A stretch of DNA of 64,000 bases from Lingula anatina (taxonomy: Eukaryota > Animalia > Brachiopoda), in the NCBI GenBank assembly GCA_051362555.1, contig CM120643.1:24928848-24992847 (forward strand). Reading direction: 5' to 3'. Position numbers and translations under genes: made by a program. How positions within the stretch are numbered: position 1 is the first letter of the stretch; each line of letters begins with the position of its first letter. Below are positions 11,501 through 23,916 of this stretch, one piece after another. Under the pieces are notes generated by a model, which was not told the origin of the DNA, ran no database searches, and saw nothing but the letters and a program-made list of their open reading frames with translations.

Positions 11501-14500
11501 TTAAAAAGTTATAGATTTACAAATAATTTGTATGCACGTGTGGCTTAAATGTAAACTAATTCCTGTTTTCAAACCATACCCATATGATATGACTTAGTGT
11601 GATAAAATGATAAATAATCATTGTTAAACGTGAAAAGTTTATGCTAATTTTTTAAGAGCGTGAGAGATTTTAAATTTGTCTACTGGTACATGTAGGTATA
11701 TAACGCAAGCAACGTCACTATTCTCTTGATGCCAAGAAGGTCACATGATCACTCTGTCTTTGGCTTTCAGCTCGACTGATTTAACCAAGATGTAGTCGTG
11801 AAATTCTAGACTACATCGAGGTTAAATCCGAGTTTTCCGAGAGACGCTACGCAGAAATGTCGAGTGAAGCGAGACATTTTTGGGTAGCGGCTCGAGGTTG
11901 CCCTCGATCTTCACTGAAGCTTGCCTAAATGGACAGGCTTCAGTGATCATCATATCGCCACGGTCATATAACATCCCTAGGTATGTATGTCCGTGTATAG
12001 TAAATGGATTTGTCATTGATCAGCTATAAAAAAAGATAATGAACTTAACATTCAGACCTAGGAGCAGGCACTTGGGGAGAACAGACTCAGTGTTCACACC
12101 ACAACATTGAGTAGCTTGGATCAGCCAAGGAGACATGGCGGGGGATTGCACGTTAGTGGCTTACCGCCAATTTGCGTAAAGCAAGCAGCCGCAAACAATC
12201 AATGGCCGACTAGTCGACTTTCACGCGGAACTGAATTACCGTGATAATGTATCCTGTCATGGCGCCGGAAGTGACGTCAATGCAAACAGTTTCTACGTAC
12301 CTTGATAGTGACATCTTCCACGCCCTTCACAATCCTCACTCTGATAGGTGGCAGGGGCCCAAGGCCATCGTTGTACTTCTCCACCGTGGCCCGCATGGAG
12401 TTCTTCATGATCTCGCACGCCATGTAGAAGAGGTGTGTTGGGACGTATACTATCTTGATGTCTTCATCCGGGTCAGTTGCTAAAAGTAGGGGGAAAATCA
12501 AATTGGTTTGCCTTTAAAATGTGTGCTTTTGTAAAGTATCTTCATTGTCAAGCTTATTGCTTTTCTGTGTGATGAAACAATAAAGATACTACAGGAACAT
12601 CGATTCCTGTGGGTTGGTGTTAACTTCTTAGAGGTACAAGTGGCGTTTGGCCACACTAAGTTGAGGAACAAGCTTTGAAACACATGGAGTTGAGAGTTGG
12701 AGGATGAACCAAGAGACTTAGAATGATCTGGAAACAACTAGAGAGAAGAGCTCAGAACAGGGAGGGATATTGGGGGGGGGGGGGGGTAGAGGCCTTGTAG
12801 GTGGCCTTTGCTCCACGAGGGGCAATAGGCATAAGTAAGAACACACCTTTCAATATTGTTCCAATCACAAATCTGGAAACTTTTTTTTACCCCGGTGTAA
12901 CGTGACAGAGAGTCCCCTATGATAAACATTAGGCCACTTAGTCCAGGCTAACCCAAACTATTATAACTAAATGGAGGGCGGACTTTCTGTTACACGGACC
13001 CTCAGTTTCACTACACCAGACGTAACCAGGGGCGGATCCAGAGACATTTTCTGACAGTCTTCCAAATTATCTTTGTTGATCCATCCTCCATTTTTTGACT
13101 GTCTTCCGACAGAAAAAATTAAATATGTGTCAATGTAAACTTGAAAATCTGACCGTCTTCCGGAAGACCCAGAAGACGGCCTCAATCCGCCCCTGGTAAC
13201 CATACGCTATTTATTTCAATCATTTAATGCAGTATTATACAAGATCAGCTGCACTACAGGAGACGATAAATCCAATTTTTCGCTGAGTCAAGTTTTCCTT
13301 TCATTTACACGTACTTTCTCTCACGCGAACACGCAAGATCTGACGCGTTGATTTCATAATGACAGCGTAGAAACGTCTACGTTCTAAAAATGGACCATTT
13401 CCCATTATATAAAATTAAGCACCGAAATTAACCAAACGAGAGTCCATTCTGCAGCACAATGTGCTTATATAATGTTCTTCTACGCTTCGCGTGATGAAGG
13501 TTAGTTTCATAAGCAGTCCTTCCTTATGTTCTAGATGAAAAAAAAATGAAAAATCGTTTTTGTATAGTTGGCGTATTTTGATTTTAAGACATCGTCGTTT
13601 TTACAAGAGCAAATTAGAGATGTACGAATGATTTTAAAAGGAATGTGTGTGCGAGTGTTTGTTCGTTCTATTTATCTATGTTATAATATTATTTTACCTT
13701 ATACTCAAACGTCAGAATGTAATATTGAGCAAATGCATTTTTTTATATTTGATCTTTTAAAATCAAATAAAGCAATCAGTACAATATGCATGAACAAGAA
13801 TCTTTGAGTGGCCTTTTTTTGTGTGATAATTGTCAAAATGTATCCCAGGAATGTCAAAACGCCACCTAATTATGTAGCCGGTGTAACGAAACTGAGGATC
13901 CGTGTAACACAAAAGTCCGACCTCCATTTAATTATAATGTTTAGGGTTAGCCCGACCTGAGTGGATCAAAATCTAGGGAGACGCTGTAGAAATGAATTGG
14001 AGGTGGACTCCCCATCATGGGGGACTCTCTGTTACGTTACACCGGTATAGAAATAGGTGTGTGTGTGTGTTTGTGTTTGTGTCCACTTACTATTATGTAC
14101 TTCTAAATCTAGAGTCGGGCAGTTGGCATGAGTTGTTTCACATATAAACCGCACTCTGTCGTATGCATCTGAAAAAAAAAAGGAACGAGCATCTATGTCT
14201 AATATGAGAGTAGAAAATGGGAGGGTTTCAGAACGCACCGTAACACTAGACACAGACGGGCAGGACTAAAATTAACTCCATGTTAAATTTGACACTTCTA
14301 CTCCTTTCAGTCTTTAACGGTAAATCCATAACAAAATTCTGTTTCAGAATCGTGGTCAGTGTGACTATGAGCTAAGACAACATTATGGGCCTCTCTTCTC
14401 TTTAACAGACACCCCAAGCCTTAAACTACTGATGACAACTCTTCACTGCACCCCACACCCTGTGATTTGCCTGAGGAAGAATCTGTAAGGACTTGAAACT

Positions 14501-17500
14501 CGGGATTAAGATGGCCTACATCGGTTATAAAATCAGTGAAAAAACTCACTCGGCAATCGCCAATCACTCAATTTTTAAACATGTACCATTGAGTGGATGG
14601 AGAGGATACTTTGTAACCACCTAGAAAGACCTTCACTCAATTTCAAACGGGTACCATTGAGTGGATGGAGATGATGCCTAGTACTCACCTAGAACCACCT
14701 GTTTGACGTCCATCTGAGGGTTCAGACAACCTCTTATCTCCTCCACTGTTGAGCCCGGGTCAAGAAATGTGTCAAACAGCATCACTAGAAATAAAGAATA
14801 TATAACAAACAATATCAATGGGATAAACATTATAATCACCCGCTCCCAATTATATAATAGTCATGATAATAATATCTGATACAACCTTATGATAGAAATT
14901 TTAACTGGGTAAGAAAACCAAGAAGATTCAAACATTTCATATGGGTGTAGAGAATAAAAAAATATCTTTAAGGATTCCGTAAAGTTACAGATTCTGATAG
15001 CTTGAGATATTAAGCGAATTGTATGTTAAACATAACGGCTATGGCTGCAACATAACCCTGATGTTACAGAGTACGCAGCATTTCGCTTTAACTCAGATAA
15101 AGATGTAGATCTATTTCACTCAAGCTGTATGTTATTATCCAATAATAACTTAATTTGGCCGTCCAGTGTTTACGATTATTCTCCATGGAGTTATGCTTAC
15201 CATTATCATCAGTGTGTTGGCAAATTTCCATTGCGCATCTTGGAACAACAAACACATTTAACACATTTTGAGTTTAACATCACCTTCTGATCTGACGCGA
15301 TTTCTTACATGTTCACAATTGTGTTTTAATTTTCTGAACACTCCACGTATTATTCATAAGAAACCTACCCCAATTAGTTAATGCATAAAAAAAAACTTAC
15401 TATGGTGTTTCATTAGCAAATATACGCTTATTCTGTTGGTATAAAATCTGTCGAGGAAAAACTGAATTTGTTCCTGCATCAATTCATCAATTCCCTCGTT
15501 GTCGCGTACGGCCGCAACGCCCTGAAAATTAAGAAAAAAAAAGTGAGATAAAAATACATTTGATTTTTATCGAGTTGCCATTAAACGTAATTTGGAGCAT
15601 ACAACCTCTGATCAATGTAGAGTAGACATAATTCTTACGTATAACACTCAAGTCTCTTATTACCTCGTGTTCATCGACACTTTAGTCGAGCAAAAATAAT
15701 ATTTCACTTCAAAGAGTTCGCCAATCAAACGAAAGACCCGTCATTCACTGCATTGAGACCATTACCTTTGCCATGGTCTCCACCACGTTACCATGTCTTC
15801 GCCGGATGTTCCAGATAGCATCCCAGAAACTGAAGAGAAAATAAGTTTGTTTCACGTGACCAAATTTCAGGAGAAAAAAACGAAAAACGTGTTTTGAGTT
15901 GATTATGAATTTTGCACTGACATAGTAAATAAGACATGAATAAAATCCGCATTACTGGGATCTTTTCGGAAAAAAAATAATTAAATTAAATTAAATTAAA
16001 ATTAAAGTAAAATTAAAATTAAAAAGGTAATAAATTACTCTTCATCATTAGCAAAGCTAACACTTACTCTTCCAGCACACCCACATCTTTCTCGGCGTCT
16101 CTGTCCGTAAATTCTAACAGATCTGAAAAACTCTTCCAGTACCTGTTAAAACCAAACAACACCAAAGTTAACTGTAATAACGCTTAAAGTGTGCTGCCAC
16201 TACGTTGCAATACTAGATAATAGAAAACCTGCGTAATTATATGAAGTGAGATTCTTTAAATGTTAAACTCCACGGGTTCTCCACGGGTTCTCAAAGCTAC
16301 GTACATTTTGTACAACTACCACCGCTTTCAAGAACCTTAATTTGCAGACCCTGCGTGAGTTTTTTACACGGACTCCGCATAACTTCATCTTGGGACCAGA
16401 AACCTAGCTCAATTTACAGGAAAACTGGAGTCAGGCAATGTTCACAAAGATTCAGGTTTTACCAAAGAAATAACACTCCACAAATTTTGAGTTAAACAAA
16501 ATTTCGTTTCATAAAGTGACTAGTTATGCAGAAACCTACTGTGGTATTTTAACAACTGCGTTTATGCCGATGATTATAGATAAGAGCATAATTGCGTAGA
16601 TAATTTAATGTCAAGCCTTTTGGGTGAAATTCGGTACCACTGCAAACAAGCACAAGGAAATGTAATGGACAAAAACCGAATGATGGCTGTTCAAATAGTG
16701 TGTGGATTTTTACCATTCCTGAACTGTTTGAACGTGTTCCTCTTCAACGACAACACGAGGTAGCTGTTGGATCTCTTTGATCATGTTTGCAAGGCGAACT
16801 GGGAGCTCCTTGCGCAGAAAGTTGTACGACGTCTTCGCGCATGGCTGCAAGGCTGGAAAACACATTCAGTTAATTTGTTGTATTAGAAGAAAGACGCGTT
16901 GCATCGGGGGTATAAATATTTACTAATCGCACGCTTTATTTAGAAAACCTTCGGGAATAGCCCAGTATCGCGACTTAAAGTAAAATCAAGCGAGATTTCG
17001 CAAGATTTGGAGGAGAGTTGGGTCAGAAATAATGAGTGAGAGCGTTGCGGCAAGGATAAAAGCTAGCAGAACTCATCCACGGACATCAACCTGGTTGTTT
17101 TCTCTTCAGTTATAAACTAAGTCGAATTACAGTGTGTGCGAGATGAAATTCGGAAATGGATTAACGATAAATGACGCCACATCTTGAGAGTTGCAATCAA
17201 AGGCACAGCCTGCATAAATAGATCATATTATTTTAAGTTCAAACACATTTAGCTTCGTGGCATTTGTCACGCAACTACTTTAATCGCCATTCGGAAAAGA
17301 TACAGGTTTCACACTCTTTTCCCGCAATTTGTGCAGTCTAATGGGCAAACACGAGGAATGCAGGGCTCAGTTTTTTTTTCTTCAATTCCAAAAAATGATC
17401 TGCATTCAACTGTCAATGGGGATGCAATACCCTTACTGTATGTAACATCCTACTACGTGATAATTAAATTCAAATTCAATTATGGCAAAGCGGACAAAAA

Positions 17501-20500
17501 TTTCGTACTACACATTACTGCTGGGTCACAACTCTTAATTACCGGTGTTTTTCATACATTTTTTGGCATTTAACCAGACAGGCCTTATTCCACTTGACGT
17601 GTGAGATGCACCCTTTCATATAAGTCAATACTTTCTGTCTTTCATGTATATGTCGAAACAAAAATTGATGGCAAGCCAAGTCCCTTCTCCACAACAGATA
17701 CTGTCTACAGTGAATGAATGAATGACGCGTCTAAAGTCATTAATACACACATAATAACCTTTAAATAAATTACTTTGACGGGCTTTTAAGAGCTTTTTCT
17801 GGTCTTAACGTTGTATACATTAAGGCTGTACCTAGAAGATGGTTTCAAATAAGAACTTATGACTTTCAACTTTGGTCAAATTTTTAGTCAGATAAACGCG
17901 TGTTAGTGAAGCTTAAAAAAAAAAAAAAAAAAAAACGGTCTCTAATAAAAGTGAAAAATGCCTGATATTTAGACCAACTCTTTCTTTATTTTTGTCGACA
18001 AGTACAGATTTATTTTAAACTCAACTTTTCTGTCTTATATTCAAGGCCAACTGTCAATTTAAATCATAACACAACTTGATTATCAAAAAAGATGAACATT
18101 ACCGAAACAGCGCAATTGTTCCTACATGTAGCTCTGGGGGTTGGTCCAGTCAATAGACCAATAAAATAATTGAATGTTAGCATTAGGTCATTGCCATTTA
18201 TTCCACTATATCATATTCAACAGATTGCTTTGTTATTTATCATAGACATTTTCTACACAGTCCCACTGCTTCAATCAAAACGGACGGACGAACATACTAT
18301 ATAAGATGCTATTCATAAATACTATTCATAGAGGCAAGTAAGGGCCTCATGACCACTGCTCGACCCCTCAACTTCTGCTCACAAAATACCACAAATACTG
18401 CATATACACCACGCTGAGTTCGGTTAGCTGTCCGTTACCTGAGCTTGCATGTGCCCTTTACCTGTGGCTCTCGCGTCTATCTAAAAAACGTCTGCCACTG
18501 ATGAAACTGACACTTAAGGCCAGGCAAAATTAAGTTTTCCTCGCACCAACAAAAGATGAATTGTACGTTTGTTTGGTAAGCGGAAAAATTAAAAAGTGAC
18601 CCCAGAAAAACAAAACCGTGATTGTTTTTATGCTCATACTGTTTATCGCCACCACTGTGGATTTGACATCACCAAATTAAAGGGGGAAAAAACGCGCAAA
18701 TAACCAAAGAATCAATTTTGTCAGGCCTTAGCGTTGAAAGCAAGGTCAAGGTATTGCTCTGGGTCGGTGGAGGGTACAGGGTTTTATAGGAAAGGTGCAC
18801 AGGGCTACAGGACTAAAAGAACAATTTGCATCCCAAACCAAAACAAGAAAACATACTTGGCAGTGGCGGATTTAGGGGGGAGGGGTCAAGGGGGCCTGAC
18901 CCCCTCTTAGATTTCTGAAAAAAAATCACACACCAATGGTCCCCTCTTGTAATTAGAATTTTGACTAGCTGACCAGCTTCTTAACCGTACCAAATGACAC
19001 TGTTTGCCCTCTAAAATACCAAGCTTTTTCGGGGCCTTTCAGCGGACCCTGAATCCCCCGCCCAGGGAGGGGGAGGGTCTGCTTCTCATCCGCAGACCCC
19101 CCCCCCCCTTCAAATAATCTTGGATTCTCCCCTGCTTGGAATGTAAGGGGACCTATCCTTCATGAGCTGTCAACTCCCCTAAACCTACCCCCCCCCCACC
19201 ACCACCAACCCTCCATTCCCTCGGACACGTTAATGTATAGGACAGGTGATGTTGTATCAGCGAGTGCTTTAATAATACTTATGTTGTAATGTACAGTAAG
19301 AGGCAGAGCTTTATTTGCAGCAAGCGCAACAGATATTTTTCCGACTGCTTTACAGGTAATTATAACTACATGTTATTTATGCGACGTTATTTATGCCAAG
19401 TGCTAGATGATAAAAATGGAATCTACACGCAAAGATCAGTTAACAAACACGTGGCTCCTGTCACAAACTTCGTGGTTTAAAAAACTCATTATATGTCGAT
19501 TATTTAGAAAACGAGGAGTGGGAGTACAAAGAATTGCCATGCAAAACAAAGTCGTTATGCAAAGTTACAGATAAGGGGGGGGGGGGCATTTGTGACTCAT
19601 CACACGTCAGAAGTGTTCCAATATTATAAAGAAATGGTATTTCAATAAGAGTAGGATGATGTGACGCATAACACTTAAATATAAAGAGAGAAAAGAGAGA
19701 CAAAGGATTATCCCGCTAAATAATGCACCGTGCTACGTTCGTGATTTATTTTACTTTATTTTGTTTCATTTAGCTTATCATTACTTAATCAATCATTGCC
19801 TTCGCTATAAACATCTTGGACAAAGGGTTCATGGCCCCCAATGTTTTATGACGTGCAGCAGTCATGTAAAGTAACTGGGAATTTTAATACAGTAAGTCTG
19901 TAGACAGAGAATAAGAGTTTGGAGGCAGCTGTTGAAGGCGTACAATACATGTACATGCAATCAGGTTATTTGTACCACCTGGACGTCGACTGGAGGGGGT
20001 TAACTGTCCCATCCCCGACAATGATGAAAATAAAAAAGGGCGTACACACATACTAAGACTCATCTTTTAGTTTGGCGGATCCTAAACGCATGGGTAAGGC
20101 TTACCATGATAATTAATATGTAGGCCCCTACTGTACGTCAATTTGTACGGTATCTACTGTACTTACAACACAATTAAAGTGACATTTAATTTGGAATTTA
20201 ACTCAGGTCGTGACGCAAATGACACTTGATGCGATTGTATCCATGCCCTAGTTAATGTCTCCGCAGTAGACATCCACAGAATAAGGAAGGAACTTTATAT
20301 GCATTATGACATGGGTTCACGTTGAAATACTGGGAGCAAGGGCGGGTCGAAGATAGAGTGTCAACCCACACGTACCAATAGAATGCTTCCTTTTCCTACT
20401 GTATGTAGGCCTACGTTGAATCAGAGATAATCAGACAATGATGCCATTTTTTTCTATTTGATCTTCTTACCTACATGTATCATTTACCGAATTGCTGTTA

Positions 20501-20869
20501 AATTTATGTTCACATATTTATATGTGGCTACATGGCTTTCCCATAACTACAATAGATGCTGATGAATCTCTATTTTGAAATTAAACGTTTCCACATGCCA
20601 TTTGTTTTAATAATCTTCGCAAAATGTACGTTTATCTTGTGTGTTTAATCTTTCCATTGATTTGGTATTCGACATAGCGTCTTAATTAAATAAACGACCC
20701 TGTACCCCCGGGCACCCAGTAGGCCTACTCGTATGAATCCATGAAGCAGGTCTATTAAGTTTTAACTATATTGTCACACGAGTTAAAGCAATGTTATACG
20801 TGGATATATGTGTTTCTATCTATGAAATGGCTTACAAACCCCGGTATGAGGACGCGCGCGAGCGCACGC

Positions 20870-20951
<82 letters not shown>

Positions 20952-21266
20952 AGGCCGTAAAGAGTAGGTAAACAAGACTGTTGCCTTTACGACACGAAGA
21001 CTGAATTGACCGAATATACATTATGCGCTGTTCACTTTAATCACAACAGTAGGCCTACCTGAGGCCGTACAATCCAGTGAGAGAGTGTACATAGTCATAG
21101 CGGTCTGAGTCTGATCATGTGCGAACTAAGCTTAAGATTACTAGATAACGCAATTTGCCTTACCGAAATCTGTGAGTTGTTCAACGGTGAGTGGAGAAGG
21201 TTGATACTTAGAGTAAGTCTCAATCGCCAGTCTAGTGGCACACCTAAGCGGACGGAACAATCTCAT
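8516..21266 (-). CDS. PDK: Mitochondrial pyruvate dehydrogenase kinase, divergent, 11 exons, 384 aa
   Basis: Exons 21266-21164, 16852-16714, 16142-16068, 15829-15766, 15521-15401, 14784-14689, 14168-14091, 12479-12301, 9380-9291, 8855-8742, 8611-8516; all GT-AG and phase-consistent, 1155 nt. Arg-rich presequence-like [57 protein letters not shown]-box [13 protein letters not shown]1 MDKAGGIP, G2 [26 protein letters not shown]-terminal ERLP...EWT-stop. Confidence 0.93.
10620..10805 (+). mobile_element. Fold-back (palindromic) non-autonomous element
   Basis: ATAATACACTGTCACCC..GCGATATATGCCATAACACCTC, a 12-nt loop, then GAGGTGTTCATGGCATATATCGC..GGGTGACAGTGTATTAT. A second copy lies at about 497-668. 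Confidence 0.7.
11035..11455. repeat. Diverged tandem repeat, about 90-93-bp unit, 4-5 copies, PDK intron 8
   Basis: Anchor ATTTCT at 11050, 11140, 11233 and 11326; shared CGAGGCGGTTTCGGAATATA and ACAAGTTCA blocks. Confidence 0.8.
11779..11890. repeat. Double-hairpin element
   Basis: ATTTAACCAAGATGTAGTC / GACTACATCGAGGTTAAAT hairpin, followed by GCTACGCAGAAATGTC / GACATTTTTTGGGTAGC with loop GAGTGAAGCGA. Confidence 0.5.
12892..13019 (+). mobile_element. Short CCGGTGTAAC-terminated element, internally deleted copy
   Basis: Colinear with the reverse complement of 13878-14045 apart from an internal deletion of about 40 bp. Confidence 0.75.
13027..13195 (+). mobile_element. MITE with CAGGGGCGGAT TIRs and 5-bp TSD
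   Basis: TIR CAGGGGCGGAT / ATCCGCCCCTG; GTAAC duplicated at 13022-13026 and 13196-13200. Sister copy at 23181-23347. Confidence 0.85.
13878..14045 (-). mobile_element. 168-bp element with CCGGTGTAACG TIRs
   Basis: CCGGTGTAACG...CGTTACACCGG termini, an internal GTCCCC/GGGGAC-type hairpin and TTAGGGTTAG. Inverted partner at 12892-13019. Confidence 0.75.
14564..14700. repeat. About 69-bp tandem duplication overlapping the PDK exon 6 donor
   Basis: TCACTCAATTT...GTACCATTGAGTGGATGGAGA...CACCTAGAA starts at both 14564 and 14633. Confidence 0.85.
18518..18727. mobile_element. MITE with GGCC termini and TTAA-like flanks
   Basis: TTAA-GGCCAGGCAAAATT ... AATTTTGTCAGGCC-TTAG. Superfamily uncertain (Kolobok-like TTAA target or a TA target). 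Confidence 0.5.
18861..19134 (+). mobile_element. MITE with CAGTGGCGGAT-type TIR and 5-bp TSD
   Basis: Begins CAGTGGCGGAT and ends GGATTCTCCCCTG; G-rich left and C-rich right subtermini; CTTGG duplicated at 18856-18860 and 19135-19139. Confidence 0.75.
20870..20941. repeat. (GT)n(GA)n compound microsatellite, PDK intron 1
   Basis: Direct reading. Confidence 0.95.
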
Positions 21267-21310
21267 GTTACATAGAATTACCAGTGCTGTCTCGATCTGC
21301 TATTCCTCCA

Positions 21311-21347
21311 TGTTCAGATTGAACTAGGTCAAGTTTGGTCACGTGAC
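21311..21347 (-). promoter_or_regulatory. Candidate PDK proximal promoter motifs (extended E-box and nuclear-receptor half-sites)
   Basis: GTCACGTGAC at 21338-21347 overlaps a DR4 AGGTCA-AGTT-TGGTCA (21326-21341); TGTTCA-GAT-TGAACT at 21311-21325. The cluster is 45-80 bp upstream of the ATG. Motif match only. Confidence 0.4.
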
Positions 21348-21715
21348 GTTGGTTCTGTCAATGCGCAACAGCAAGTTTCATTAAAATATCTAATCGTTTT
21401 ATTCAATCCCTTATTTTCCCCAAAGTTATTTTAACTATTAAAATTGCATTTATTTTCAATCTGAAAATTATATTTTCTTTCTGCATGAGTCTTAATTGGA
21501 CATATAAACAAAATGTGCTCATAAACCAGGTAGGCCTATAGCAAGAAAATGTTGATATATGTTTGTCGTTTTCTAATAGTTTTGCTTTGATACATCTCAT
21601 CTTGTATGAATTTTAGAAAATATTTCTTCCATAGCCTTACAGATTTGTTGAGACGTTTTGAAAAGGAAGGGATCCCTGGTAGTGGCACAAGAAATTCGCT
21701 CAGAGCATCTCAAAA

Positions 21716-21799
21716 GTCAGGATGGCCGAGCGGTCTAAGGCGCTGCGTTCAGGTCGCAGTCCACTTCTGTGGGCGTGGGTTCGAATCCCACTCCTGACA
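21716..21799 (+). tRNA. tRNA-Leu-CAG: tRNA-Leu, anticodon CAG
   Basis: GTCAGGATGGCCGAGCGGTCTAAGGCGCTGCGTTCAGGTCGCAGTCCACTTCTGTGGGCGTGGGTTCGAATCCCACTCCTGACA: acceptor stem GTCAGGA/TCCTGAC, A and B boxes, anticodon stem CTGCG/CGCAG with loop TTCAGGT, long variable arm, discriminator A. Confidence 0.97.
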
Positions 21800-21808
21800 A
21801 TATTATCA

Positions 21809-21818
21809 TTTTGTTTTT
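21809..21818 (+). terminator. RNA polymerase III oligo-T terminator
   Basis: TTTTGTTTTT about 10 nt after the tRNA 3' end. Confidence 0.75.
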
Positions 21819-23180
21819 CTACCGTGCCAATAAAGCCATTAGACTACATTGGATCATGGCAAATAAAACACAAAATTCAGGCGACACTTACTGATGTCAC
21901 GTAAGTGTTCACGATTTTTGAAATGCCCTCATTATAAACTGTTTAGTCGATTATTTAAAACAGAAGAGAAGAAGTTAAATTAAAATGGAGCAAGCTGGTC
22001 GAGATCAGCCTTTAAAGTGATTTTGTAATTCACTCACCATTCCTGGTTAAGAATTAAATTAAAATGTTGTTTTTCAACTTTTTTTTCTTGCAATTTCTTC
22101 AGATGTTCGTGGAAATCATCAAAAGATGTGGTGTGTACATGCCAAATAAGCACCATTTGATATTGAGTGTATTATACACATTAATGACAAGTTTCATCGT
22201 TGTTGATGAGCAGTTTTAAACCTTGTCATGCATTTGGCACAACTAAATCGAAGGAAAGAAGCAATTAGTAAATAGACAGTCAAAATAAGTTAAATTCCAA
22301 ATAGTGGACAATGCAAACACGAAAGTCATTTTTAGTCTATTAAGAACTTGTAAAATTCATTCTATCTAGTTAAAGTGGGGACTTTTTTTTTTTCGAAAAT
22401 TAAAGACAGGAGAAAAAACGGAAATCTGCTGCGAACCTCTTCCTTTATTAATGATAGTTATCTTACCAATTTAAAGACATGATGCTTTAAGCAAAAAATC
22501 TACATCTGTTGTAAATAATTATATGTGGACCAGTTTCACGAGGTGCCCTCTTCAGTGTGTTCGCATACAAACAAACCCACACGCACGTGCGCGTGCGAGA
22601 GAGAGAGAAAATCAGAGTCAAAAGTTAGATCTACGTTTTGATTCAAAAATAAAACCCAACGCGTCACTGAAGTGAATAATATTTTATTTATTTTTGGTGC
22701 CAAATGTTTTGGGTTATTGCACAAACGAATAAAATGACAAATGGATGAATGTTTCTTTCTTCGAAAAAATGATAATTGGTTACTTTCTTACAAATAAGAA
22801 TTGTTATCCAGCTACTTTGACAATGACAAGATACGAAAATATCAATAATGATGATGGGATCAACATTTAGGTGGGTCGTCATGTATGCTAATTACACAAT
22901 CTACCATTTCACATTTAACCATACTCTGATAGGGTCAATTGCATAATCTAAAACTGGTTATATCTGACCACTTTCTAAACCCGGTTCTTATTTCAAAAAA
23001 GTGCATCCCTTGTATATAAGTGAGGTAGCGTAACGAGAATTGCCAGGTAAATTCATAATCAAAACGTGTACACGACAATCAGTAGCGAATTGCTTGGCTC
23101 ATAAGCCACAATTATTTAACCCGCCAAAGTCTCGGACTTATGGTAAAGATCGGATATCCTTAGAAGACAAATCATGTGTA

Positions 23181-23347
23181 CTGGGGCGGATGGAGAGCTA
23201 TTTACTGACAGACTTCCAAATTATCTTTGTTGATTCATCCTCCAATTTTGACCGTCTTCCAACAGTAAAATATAGATACCTGTCAAAGTTAACTTGAAAA
23301 TCTGACCGTCTTCCGGAAGACCCAGAAGACGGCCTAAATCCGCCCCG
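23181..23347 (+). mobile_element. Second copy of the CAGGGGCGGAT MITE
   Basis: Colinear with 13027-13195 (CTTCCAAATTATCTTTGTTGAT, ACTTGAAAATCTGACCGTCTTCCGGAAGACCCAGAAGACGGCCT); GTGTA(C) repeated at both ends. Confidence 0.85.
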
Positions 23348-23916
23348 TGTACCTATGGGAGAAGATCGTAAACAATTTTCTGTCAAGACAAAAAGATACT
23401 GCAGGAGGAAATGGAGACGCAATAAACTTTACAATGAAAAAGCCGCCTAAAAACAAGTAGAAATGCTGCTGTGACTTTATAATACGCTTCCTATGAAGCG
23501 GACAGAACAGCAAAACATAAAGAAAATGCGTGCGACTTCGTTTTAGAATTATATTACCTCCAAGCGGGTTAAATGGCGTTTGCTTATCTTACGTATACAT
23601 GGTGCAATTGGTCCGAGTGCCTTATAACCCAAATACATGTCCAAAATAAATGCTTGATATCAAACTAATTGGAACGTTGTAGTTATCAAGTTAGCGATTT
23701 TGCATAGCATAGGTATGGAAGACGTTTCGGTGCTCTTCTGGACTCTAAGGCCATTTTGTGAGATTGGATTTTTAAAACTGCTTTCAGTGATTGCATTAAA
23801 AAACTCGGCTGATGAACTTTTGAAATTTTCAAGTGTAGTTGGTCCACTTATATTCATAACAATCTACATAGTTATGCAACGTATATGAGATAGTGATTTT
23901 AATATGAAATCGTCTG

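Noticed and set aside
8516-21266. Assignment as BCKDK because of YNFTTA
   Set aside because: [27 protein letters not shown] and the C-terminal ERLP...W motif are PDK-type.
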